A stretch of 64,000 nucleotides of DNA from Squalus acanthias. Lineage: Eukaryota. Where the stretch lies: positions 38,316,001 through 38,380,000 of the forward strand of contig CM059446.1 of NCBI GenBank assembly GCA_030390025.1, given 5' to 3'. Shown here one piece after another: positions 23,155 through 33,300 of the stretch. The notes under the pieces were generated by a model, which searched no databases, was not told the DNA's origin, and saw only the letters and a list, made by a program, of their open reading frames with translations. Both the position numbers and the translations under genes were made by a program. How positions within the stretch are numbered: position 1 is the first letter of the stretch; the number at the start of each line of letters is the position of its first letter.

Positions 23155-23348
23155 CTTCTTCAAATAGTGCTACGGTATCTTTTACGTCCACCTGACAGGG
23201 CAAACAGGGACTCGGTTCAACGTATCATCTGAAAGACGGCACCTCCAGCAGTGCAGCACTCCCTCAGTACTGCACTGCAGTGTCAGCCTGAAATTTGTGC
23301 TCAAGTCTTTGGAGTGGGACTTGAACCCACAACCTTCTGACTCAGAGG
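23155..23348 (-). mobile_element. DeuSINE, 5' part (continuation of 20015-20266)
   Basis: CAAATAGTGC...GGGACTTGAACCCACAACCTTCTGACTCAGAGG, the reverse-complement core and tRNA head. Confidence 0.88.
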
Positions 23349-24559
23349 AATTACAAAACAAAAATAATTCAAAGTCCCCGAAGCAAAGGGGGAGAGAGGA
23401 AAATCTGGGAGAAGTATATGAATTTGCTAAAATAGGGTTTGAATGATATTTTAGATGCAAGAACGATTCTAGAAATATGAAAAATATTCTTCAATATCAC
23501 AATAGTTAAGGCACAGTTAGAGAGCAATTCAGAGTTCTAAAAGTGATGGTAAAATTAAAGAATAAAAAATAGCTTACATATTAAATAAAGATGCTATAAT
23601 CATATTCATTAGAAAGGACATTGGTAACTTTGTGCACTAATATTCGAACTGTCTATTTTCAAGGCAGAGATAGCAGAGTTATGTGATATGTTTCTGGGCA
23701 TGGCTCAGATGCCATACATTTGAGGGTGCTGAAGAAGAACGGGGAAGAAATTTATGGGGTACTATTTCAGTAGATAATTCAATGGACACTGCTGAAGTCC
23801 TGAGGAAATGGACGCAAACATAGTGGAGCTGATTTATTCCGATGGGAATCCAGAGGAACATCTTGGAAAAAGGCCAAGAGCAGGATATACCAGCTCCTAA
23901 CCTAACCTGGGAATTCCTGCTCAACCTTGTAAGGGGCAGAGCCTCTGCCCACCCTTTATAATGCTGAGGGGGCAATGGCAGGAATGTGATCTCTCTACAC
24001 TGGGAGTTCCCACTTATCTGCCCATATGGGACCCTGTGTATGCCTGGAGGTTGGTACGTCCTGGGAGATGAGGCATACCATCCTTCAGAAGTCCACAACT
24101 CGGGATGGGGGTGGGGGGTGGTGAGGAAGCAGTCGGGGGTGGGGGGGGGGTGTCAGCGAAGCAGCCTGGACCCCTGAAATTGAGAAATTTTAAGCAAAAA
24201 GTTTTAGTATCAACCCTCTTTGTAAGGGGGTCATAGAGGGGTAAAAATGGTGCCTTCGGTGTAGGGTACAGGGTATCCCCTTCAGATGGCAGCAGCGTGG
24301 GGTAGGTGGGAATCTGACATGAACTCATGGGGTCACAGGTATCCTCTAGATCCTATGCTTATCAGGCTTCCTCCCACTGACCCCGCACAATCCAGCTGGA
24401 TCAGCACAGTCGGGCACCAGCGGGCACTATCCCAGCATAATAGCCAGAATCTCATCGCATACATTTTCGGGACAAAAGGACAACAAAACAAAACCAGGAA
24501 ACTACAGGCCCACTTCACTAATGGGTAAAATTGAATCCTCTCTGAGGGCTAAGCTGGAG

Positions 24560-24650
24560 AAGTTTCCGTATAGCAATAACTTGATAAGAAACAGAAAACA
24601 TGGATTTAGAAGGGAAAGATCATACATGATCAACCTCCTTGCTACAAATG
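24560..24650 (+). mobile_element. Decayed CR1 RT fragment
   Basis: LIRNRKHGFRRERSYMINLL resembles the CR1 motif LIxxSQHGFxKGRSCLTNL. Confidence 0.55.
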
Positions 24651-24677
24651 AAGCATTTAGTGGAGCTCTCTATGGTG

Positions 24678-25181
24678 AGGACCTCACTGTCCTCGGCCTC
24701 GTGCATTGTTCCACGGAAGCTCAGCGTAAGCTCGAGGAACAGCACCTCATCTTTCGTTTAGGCACTTTACAGCCTTCCGGACTCAATATCGAGTTCAACA
24801 ATTTCAGATCATAACCCCGGCCCCCACCATATATATATACATTTTATCCACCATTTTGGTTCGTGCCTTTTTCCTTTTTTTCTCTCTCTCCCCCTACGAC
24901 AGCCGTCTCTCATTCTGCCAGCATTTCACACTTCAACTTTTGTTTCTTAACCTGTCCCATTACCATCTCGTCTTGCCTTGAGCATCTCTTAATGTCTCTA
25001 CTTACCATAGTTATCTCCCCCACCCCGCCTCCCCCCAGCCTCCCCCTTGCATTTTTATCTGTTTCATTTCCTGCTCTTTTCTCAGTTCTGACGAAGGGTT
25101 TCGACCTGAAACGTTAACTCTGTTTCTCTCTCCACGGATGTTGCCTGGCCTGCTGAGTTTTTCCAGCGTTTTCTGTTGTTG
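24678..25181 (+). mobile_element. Penelope-like fragment (family 2), 5'-truncated, tail-less
   Basis: VLGLVHCSTEAQRKLEEQHLIFRLGTLQPSGLNIEFNNF is near-identical to the C-termini at 28325 and 30410. Ends at TTCTGTTGTT. Candidate 11-bp TSD TCTC(T/C)ATGGTG at 24667-24677 and 25182-25192. Confidence 0.85.
25084..25119 (+). ncRNA. Minimal hammerhead ribozyme
   Basis: AGUU-CUGACGA-A-GGGU-UUCG-ACCU-GAAA-CG-UU-AACU: UUCG-capped stem II, ACGU palindrome. Confidence 0.78.
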
Positions 25182-25699
25182 TCTCCATGGTGTAGTTCAG
25201 TGGTCCTCAACCATATGAGTTGTGACCCTCCAGGGGGTTCATGGGCACCCGTCAAGGGTTTACCACCACTCTACTGCCTGATGCACCCGTCATGCCAGTC
25301 CTGGCTCCACCTTGTGCCTAACTCTGTTGCTTCACATCAGGAGTTGAGTGCTGTAGACAGGAATTCCTGACGTTATGATCGTTTTTGCAATATCAGGTCA
25401 ATTCTTCCACAGGTGGCAGAAGGCTCCTTCTTGGAGCAAAGCAACAGCACTGGGTAGTAGCTGGAATCAGGACCGGCAAGATGCAGTGAATGAGGGAGGG
25501 ACAGTGCCTGCGTGAACATGGGACAGGGCAAGAAAAAGTGCCTCCGTGAATAAGGAATGGGTCAAAGAAAATAGTATCTCTGTGAAAGGGGAAGGACTTT
25601 TAGTATTTAGTTAGTCATGGATACATTAAGGTTCTGAGGTAAGGCAATTGCCAAAATTCTAATTTCACAAAAAGAGGGTCCTAACATGCAAACAGGTTA

Positions 25700-26260
25700 A
25701 AAATACTGTTGTAGTTTATCGGAACTTTCAAAAACTTTTGATGAATTCCACATTCTAATTTATCTAAAAGCCACAGGAATGCAGAGTAGAATGGGGGAAT
25801 AGGATAAGTGGTTAGTAGAAGAAGAGGAAACCAAGATGGTTTGTGACAATGTGATGTCAGTCTGGGAGAAGGTATTGCGAAGAATTCCGTGGAGTTGGAG
25901 TTCTATTGCTTCTAATCTAATGTACATGAATGGTCTGGATACCGAAACTGAATGTAAGCTTGTAAAATTTCTGGTGACATTGTAATGGTGAGAGGAGTAG
26001 AACAAAGGATGCAGCTAAGATTTGCGCAAAGCTTTAGAATGGTTATGTCACTGGACAGGCAAAGGGAAAATGAAATGGAACACTGTTAAATGTAAAGCAT
26101 TTCACACAAGCTGAAAAATTGTGCGTGATATTTATACAGTGAATGCAACGGAATTAGCACAGGGAGACTTGGAAAAGGACTTGGGAAAAGGACTTGGGAA
26201 TGAGCAGGCATTGTGCTAAAGCTACTGGAATGCTGGGATATACAAACATACGAAAATGTT
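25700..26260 (+). mobile_element. Decayed CR1 RT fragment
   Basis: GTAGTTTATCGGAACTTTCAAAAACTTTTGATGAATTCCAC resembles VVYxDFQKAFDKVPH. Later EKDLG-like and A.GMLG.-like segments. Confidence 0.5.
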
Positions 26261-26299
26261 GGATGGAAAAACAGCTTTTGGTTGCACATAGTTGTGATG

Positions 26300-26860
26300 C
26301 CTTATGCGTCACAATACAAACACTCCCCACCCACCTGGAGCCATGTAATCTACTAGGAGAGGCAAAAAAACAGATAGAAACCCAAGTCAATTAGGGAAAA
26401 CAATGGACAATTCCTCTCCGATTGAAATTAGTCCAGGAGATCACATTGGGCCTGATTTATGTTACAGGATACCTACAGCTTGTACGAGATGATCTCAGCC
26501 AGAAAGAGGTCCAGCTCTGTGTTGACGGAATACCGTGAATCAGCATTCACCACACAAGACGGCAGCTTATTTCACAGGTCCACTATTCTCTGCAAAAGGA
26601 ATAACTACCTAACATCCAACCTAGTTCTGCCCTTACATAACTTGTAAGCATGACCCCTGGTCCTCCCTAACCCATTCAGTTGAAATAATTGGTCTATATA
26701 AACACAATCCAGTTCATTATTTTATAAACCTCAATCAAATCATCCCCAAGTCTACACTTCTCTAAAGTATAGAGACACAACTCGTTGAGCCTATCTGGGT
26801 AACTAAGGCTTTTTAAACTGGGAAACAATCTTGTGTCCCTCCTCTGCACCCTTTCCAATG
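26300..26860 (-). mobile_element. CR1-type LINE 3' fragment
   Basis: Reversed ORF2 end (ACCAGGGGTCATGCTTACAAGTTATGTAAGGGCAGAACTAGGTTGGATGTTAGG). Similar to 32115-32170. Confidence 0.65.
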
Positions 26861-27379
26861 CGTAAATATAATAGTAGGATAAAAGTCTTGAAAGTTGATA
26901 CTAATGCTGTCAATATGTCTCAGCTATCAGTCTGAGAACAATAGCAGCAGAATCAGTTCCAGTCATGCACCACTGTTTATACTGCCTGGCTGGAACTGAA
27001 ATTCTCCTGCCCAGGAGAGAGCTCTTTACAGGTATGGTTGCACACACTAGCTCTTCCAACCGCTAAAATGTAAATACTTAGAGAGTGTGGATGTCAGCGT
27101 TTACACTCACTAAACATTTAAATCGACTCCAGGTGGGTTTAAAGAGTTCTCAGGCCCAAAGGACCACGCCCCACGCAGACTTTTTAAATCCAGATCGACA
27201 TCGCACTGGAATTTGATTCCATACAATGTCAAACTCAAGAGATGTGAGACTACTTCCTACCGAGGATCTCACACTGACGCTCTCTGGAATGTGGTTGGAC
27301 CCTACTTCAGATTTATACTGCAACCTTAGCGTTGATGCAAAGTGAAAAGCACTTTGCAGTGACACGAAAGGTGCAGTAT

Positions 27380-27890
27380 AAATATGCTCTACGGCTTTAC
27401 AATGAACTGGTCAGTGCACATTTGAAGTGCTGTGTTCAGTTCTGGATACCATGCCACAGAAAAGGTATTTAGTGCATGCATTGGAAAGAGCACAGAGGAG
27501 AGCAACAAGACTAATTCAAATTGTAACTGGAATGAACTATGAGAAAAGGTGAGAGAAGCTCAAGTTCTATAGTCGAGTATGAAGGCATTTATTGGGGACC
27601 TTGAAATTAAATACAATATTAAATGGTAGAAATTAAATCCAGAATATTGCTCAAAGTAAGCCATGAAAATAAGAGTGGAGGACAGAAATGTAATTAGTGA
27701 AAAGTAAATTTAAAACACATATTAGAAAGAACATATTTACTGAAAGAGTGATGTTTTGAATAATGCATCAGCTGAGTAGTAAACATGAAAAACATTCAGG
27801 TAATTCCAAAGTTAGTTAGATTATAATTAAGAGAGTTAAGGTATAAGAGGGACAAGCTTCAGTGAAGTAAAAGGCATTTTCTTATATATT
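27380..27890 (+). mobile_element. Decayed CR1 ORF2 3' part
   Basis: LVSAHLKCCVQFWIP and LERAQRRATRLI-like segments, homologous to the ORF at 32559. Confidence 0.65.
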
Positions 27891-28009
27891 CTTAATGTGA
27901 CCAGTTTATGCTGTATCTCAATAACATCATAAATATAATCAAAGGACCATGCCCCACACTCATTAGTATAATTAATGTATAGTATTTATTTTATTGAGAT
28001 AGTTACCAT

Positions 28010-28064
28010 GCTGGATGCTTGGTCAATTGAAATTCAAGACTGAAATCGACAGATTTTTATTAGG
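28010..28064 (+). mobile_element. CR1/HER1 3' fragment, left of the Penelope insertion
   Basis: TTCAAGACTGAAATCGACAGATTTTT (FKTEIDRF). Continues at 30709. Confidence 0.7.
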
Positions 28065-28128
28065 AATAACAACAGAAAATGCTGGAAACACTCTGCAGGC
28101 CAGGCAGCATCCGTGGAGAGAGAAACAG

Positions 28129-28165
28129 AGTTAACGTTTCAGGTCTGGGACCCTTCATCAGAACT
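28129..28165 (-). ncRNA. Minimal hammerhead ribozyme (left arm)
   Basis: Minus strand AGUU-CUGAUGA-A-GGGUC-CCA-GACCU-GAAA-CG-UU-AACU. Confidence 0.78.
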
Positions 28166-28324
28166 GGAAAAAGCTGGAGATGTAACAGATATTAAGCAGG
28201 TGCAGAGACAGGGAGGGGAGGAAGGAATTGAAGGAACATACTGTGCTTAGATAAGAGGCAGGAAAGATAAAATGTTGCAAATGGGGATGGCAAAATCATA
28301 CAGCATGAAAAATAGGGGCAGGGG

Positions 28325-29874
28325 TTATAGTTTGAAATTGTTGAACTCAATGTTGAGTCCAGAAGGCTGTAAAGTGCCTAATCGAAAGATGAGGTGCTGT
28401 TCCTCGAGCTTACGTTGAGCTTCATTGGAACAATGTAAGAGGCCGAGGACAGAGATCAGAGTGGGAGTGAGGTGGAGAATTAAAGTGACAGGCGACCGGA
28501 AGCTCAGGGTCACCCTTATAGACTGAACGGAGGTGTTCCGCAAAGCGGTCGCCCAATCTGCGTTTGGTCTCCCCAATGTAGAGGAGACCGCATCGTGAGC
28601 AGCGAATACAGTATACTAAATTACAAGAAGTACAAGTAAATCGCTGTTTCACCTGGAAGGGGTGTTTGGGGCCCTGGACAGTGGGAAGGGAGGAGGTAAA
28701 AGGGCAGGTGTTGCATCTCCTGCGCTTGCACGGGAAGCTGCCGGGCGAAGGGGAAGGGCTGATTGAGGAGTGGACCAGTGTGTCGTGGAGGTAGCGGTCC
28801 CTTCGGAATGCTGAAAGGGGAGATGAGGGGAAGATGCGTTTGGTGGTGGGATCACGTTGGAGGTGGCGGAAATGGCGGAGGATGATCCGTTGAATGTGGA
28901 GGCTGGTGGGGTGAAAGGTGAGGACAAGGGGAACCCTATCGTGGTTCTAGGAGAGAGGAGAAGGGGTGAGAGCAGAAGTGCGGGAAATGGAACGGACACG
29001 GTCAAGGGCCGTGTCAACCACAGTAGATGGGAATCCTCGGTTGAGGAAAAAGGAAGACATGTCAGAAGCACTGGTATGGAAGGTGGCATCGTCAGAACAG
29101 ACGCGGTGGAGACAGAGAAACTGGGAGAATGGAATAGAGTCCTTACAGGAGGCGGGGTTGGAGGAAGTGTAGTCCAGGTAGCTGTGGGAGTCAGTAGGCT
29201 TGGAGTGGACGTTTGTCGAAAACCGATCGCCAGAAATGGAGACGGAGAAGTCAAGGAAGGGAAGAGAAGAGTCGAATATGGACCATGTGAAGGTGAGGGA
29301 AGGGTGGAAATTAGAAGTAAAGTGAATGAACTTATCTAGTTCAGGGCGAGAGCAGGAAACGGCACCGATACAGTCATCGATGTACCGGAAAAAGAGGTGA
29401 GGGAGGGGACCTGAGTAGGACTGGAACAAAGAATGTTCCACATATCCCATGAAAAGGCAGGCACAGCTAGGGCCCATGCAGGTTCCCATAGCAACACCTT
29501 TAATTTGGAGGAAGTGAGTGGAGTCAGAGGTGAAGTTCTTCAATGTGAGAACAAGTTCAGCCAGGTTGACGAGGCTCGTGGTGGATTGGAACTTGTTGGG
29601 CCTCTGTTCAAAGAAGAAGCGGAGCGCCCTCAGGCCGTCCTGGTGGGGGATGGAGGTGTAGAGGGATTGGACATCCATAGTTAAAAGGAGACAGTTGGGG
29701 CCAGGAAACTGGAAACTGTTAAAGTGGCGGAGGGTGTCGGAAGAGCCGCGAATGTAGGTGGGAATAGACTGGACAAGGGGAGAAAAAATAGAGTCGAGAT
29801 AGGAAGAGATAAGTTCCGTGGGGCAAGAACAGACTGAAACGATGGGTCTACCAGGGCAGTCCTGTTTCTGGATC
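28325..29874 (-). pseudogene. Frameshifted PLE RT + GIY-YIG ORF
   Basis: MDVQSLYTSIP, KGVAMG, RYIDDC, FLD (ORF 28947-29678), LVYCIRCSRCGLLYIGETKRRLGDRFAEH (28422-28652) and the GLN C-terminus (28325-28576) lie in different frames. Confidence 0.9.
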
Positions 29875-30410
29875 CCACCACCAAACGCATCTTCCCCTCA
29901 CCTCCCCTTTCAGCATTCTGAAGGGACCGCTCTCTCCGCGACACCCTGGTCCACTCCTCAATCACCCCTAACAGCCCTTCCCCTTTGCCCGGCACCTTCC
30001 CGTGCAAGCGCAGGAGATGCAACACCTGCCCTTTTACCTCCTCCCTTCCCACTGTCCAGGGCTCCAAAGACCCCTTCCAGGTGAAACAATGATTTACTTG
30101 TACTTCTTGTAATTTAGTAAACTGTATTCGCTGCTCACGATGCGGTCTCCTCTACATTGGGGAGACCAAATGCAGATTGGGCGACCGCTTTGCGGAACAC
30201 CTCCATTCAGTCCGTAAGGGTGACCCTGAGCTTCCGGTCGCCTGTTACTTAAATTCTCCACCTCACTCCCACTCTGATTTCTCTGTCCTCGGCCTCTTAC
30301 ATTGTTCCAATGAAGCTCAACGTAAGCTCGAGGAACAGCACCTCATCTTTCGATTAGGCACTTTACAGCCTTCTGGACTCAACATTGAGTTCAACAATTT
30401 CAAACTATAA
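29871..30410 (+). pseudogene. Inverted-arm PLE GIY-YIG fragment with premature stops
   Basis: GTFPCKRRRCNTCP linker and YIGET are present. TGA (~30090) and TAA (~30118) replace CGA and TAC of the other arm. Confidence 0.85.
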
Positions 30411-30569
30411 CCCCTGCCCCTATTTTTCATGCTGTATGATTTTGCCATTCCCATTTGCAACATTTTATCTTTCCTGCCTCTTATCTAAGCACAGTATATT
30501 CCTTCAATTCTTTCCTCCCCTCCCTGTCTCTGCACCTGTTTAATATCTGTTACATCTCCAGCTTTTTCC

Positions 30570-30606
30570 AGTTCTGATGAAGGGTCCCAGACCTGAAACG
30601 TTAGCT
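30570..30606 (+). ncRNA. Minimal hammerhead ribozyme (right arm)
   Basis: AGUU-CUGAUGA-A-GGGUC-CCA-GACCU-GAAA-CG-UU-AGCU. Predicted cut after 30602. Confidence 0.78.
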
Positions 30607-30708
30607 CTGTTTCTCTCTCCACGGATGCTGCCTGGCCTGCTGAGTGTTTCCAGCGTTTTCTGTTGTTATTTCAGATTTCCAGCATCTGCAGTATTTTGCT
30701 ATTGTATT

Positions 30709-30848
30709 AGATTTTTATTAGGTATGTGTATCAAGGGATATGGATCAAAGGCGGGTAAATAAAGTGGAGTTACAAATCAGCCATGATCTAATTGACTGGA
30801 GGAACAGGCTCGAGGGGCTGAATGTCCTACTCCTGTTCCTATGTTTCT
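30709..30848 (+). mobile_element. CR1/HER1 3' terminus, right of the Penelope insertion
   Basis: ATCAGCCATGATCT...GGCTCGAGGGGCTGAATG...CCTACTCCTGTTCCTATGTT. Confidence 0.8.
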
Positions 30849-31984
30849 AAGTGCTAGAAATTTATATTTTTTCCCCCCATACAGCTTATAATCCTGAGCG
30901 ATTTCTCTTTACACTTTACCTCAGTTAACTCATCTTTCTAAAATCTGCCCCAGAATGGAATAAATGTGGGGGCCCTTGATTTTGTGCTAACTTTTTCCCT
31001 TTCTATGTGTCCCTTAAACCCTATCATGTTATGGTGGCTATCCCCGAGGTGCTCGCCCACATTTAGCTCATCTACCTGATCTAAAACATTATTCATAACT
31101 AGATGCAGAAGCTCTTCTCCCCTTTAAGATATACAAACATATGACTTGAGAAGGGAGTCCTGCAAGATCAGGGTCTTCTGGCGAGAAGGTTCTAATCATC
31201 TGCAAATTTCTTTGGGGGAGGATCTTTGGTTTGCTTCCAGGTCCCTCACTGACTGTCCAGTTGGAGGAAGACCATAGCACCATGTTTCACTGGGTGTCCC
31301 TGTTCTAGGCTGCCCAGTGAACGTCCTCCCAGGAAAATGAGGCGAAAGGCCAGGAGTGCTTCCTCTCATCTGATCAGCATACCTGCGATGGACTACTGCA
31401 GCTCCATGCCCAGCTCTGCTCTGCTCCTCCAACACGAGAATCCCTCGAAATTGCCAGGAAATGTAAAAGGTTACAGAGAACTGGCAAAACAGGTCCTGCA
31501 ATCCTTTTTCCTGACCTTTGTGACTGGGAAAATTGTTGCCCTCCAGGGGCAAGGGTGATGAAAAGGAAGGGAATGTACCATTTAAAAACAAGAACAAAAG
31601 CTGCCAATTAGGAATCAACAATAAAAATGTAGCTAACAATGAAACAAGTAGCAAGGAAATCAGAAACTAATTAAATCACTTAAAATATATTTTAATAATA
31701 TTTTCAGTTGTCCTGTTTTATCAGTAACCTTTGGAAAACAGTACTAAAATAAGGTATAAAACTTAATAAAATGGGTGAGATGCCTATGGAAATGTGATCT
31801 GCACCAGCAGCTCACCCAAATAATATTAGTGAGGCTTGAGGCCCAATTTCAGGCTGGCCATGGCCTCCTGGTTGGGGCATTCGCTCCTTGTGCAGTGCTC
31901 ATTTTGGGCTCGAAAATAGACTTATTGGAATTTCCACCACTTAAGCTGTCAGAATGCCCCAGTGCCATTCTGCGCAAGATAGGC

Positions 31985-33300
31985 TAAAAGAGTTGGGTCT
32001 CTACACTTTAGAGAAGCGTAGACTTGGGGTGATCTGATTGAGGTTTATAAGATGATGAAGGGAATAGATTGTGTTCCAGTTGACAGTTTGTTCCAATTAA
32101 ATAGGTTAGGGGGGACCAGGGGTCATAATTTTAAGTTGTGTAAGGTCAGATCTAGGTTAGATGTCAGGAGGTGGTTCTTTTCTCAGAGAATAGAGGACCT
32201 CTGGATCAGGCGGCCGTCTCGTATGGTGAATGTTGATTCGCTGAGTTCCTTCCAGCGAGAGTTGGACCTGTTTCTGGTTGGGCTTACAAAAGGTAGGTAC
32301 TGCAGGGAATTCAGGGCCAGAGTGATGTCCTGGACTAGTTTTGATCAACTAGGTGGGTCGGAGAGGAATTTCCCAGATTTTTTTCCCCTAAATTGGCCTG
32401 GGTTTTTTTTTACCTGGTATTTCGCCTCTCCCAGGAGATCAAAATGCTACAGTTCAGAGGGACCTGGGGGTCCTTGTGTATGAAACACAAAAAGTTAGCA
32501 TGCAGGTACAGCAAGTAATCAAAAAGGCAAATGGAATGTTGGCCTTTATTGCAAGGGGTTGGAGTATAAAAGCAGGGAAGTCCTGCTACAACTGTACAGG
32601 GTATTGGTGAGACCACACCTTGAGTACTGCGTACAGTTTTGGTCTCCTTATTTAAGGAAGGATATACTTGCATTGGAGGCAGCTCAGAGACGATTCACTA
32701 AGTTAATTCCAGAGATGAGGGGGTTGACTTATGAGGAAAGGTTGAGCAGGTTGGGCCTATACTCATTGGAATTTAGAAGAATGAGAGGTGATCTTATTGA
32801 AACATATAAGATACTGAGGGGGCTCGATAAGGTAGATGCAGAGAGAATGTTCCCCTCAGGGGGAAATCTAGAACTCGGGGGCATAGTTTCAGAATAAAGG
32901 GTTGCCCTTTTAGAACTAAGATGAGGAGGAATTTCTTCTCTCAGAGGGTCGTAAATCTGTGGAATTCTCTGCCCCAGAGAGCTGTGGAGGCTGGGTCATT
33001 AAATACATTTAAGGTGGAGATAGACAGATTTTTGCAAGATAAGGGAGTGAAGGGTTATGGGGTGCGGGTAGGGAAGTGGCTTTGAACCCAAGATCAGCCA
33101 TGATCTTATTGAATGGCATTGCAGGCTCAAGGGGCCAAGTGGCCTATTCCTGCTCCTATTTCTTATGTTCTTGTGTTCTTACCACATGGTTTTGAATGGG
33201 GTGGAGAGTGTATATTGTGATACACAGGTATCACAATTGTGTGGGGCAGGCTGAATGGACCAAAGGGTCTTTATCTGTCTGTTATTGTTCGTATGTTCAT
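31985..33300 (+). mobile_element. Older CR1 3' fragment (31985-32440 and 33181-33300) hosting a younger CR1
   Basis: ORF 32052 (TRGHNFKLCKVRSRLDVRRWFFSQR). The 3' UTR resumes at 33181 and ends TGTTCGTATGTTC. Confidence 0.7.
32441..33180 (+). mobile_element. Younger CR1/HER1-type LINE 3' fragment
   Basis: ORF 32559-32897 LVRPHLEYCVQFWSPYLRKDILALE...RGDLIETYKI. Terminus CCTGCTCCTATTTCTTATGTTCTTGTGTTCTT. Confidence 0.9.

Larger units (their letters stand above)
28065..30708. mobile_element. Palindromic Penelope-like element (Neptune-type, family 2)
   Basis: Inverted arms 28065-28853 and 29871-30670, ~1-kb spacer belonging to the minus-strand copy, 38-nt tail 30671-30708, 14-bp TSD AGATTTTTATTAGG at 28051-28064 and 30709-30722. 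Confidence 0.93.

Noticed and set aside
26163-26200. GACTTGG(G)AAAAG triple repeat as a functional array
   Set aside because: Local slippage duplication inside a decayed CR1 (EKDLG region).
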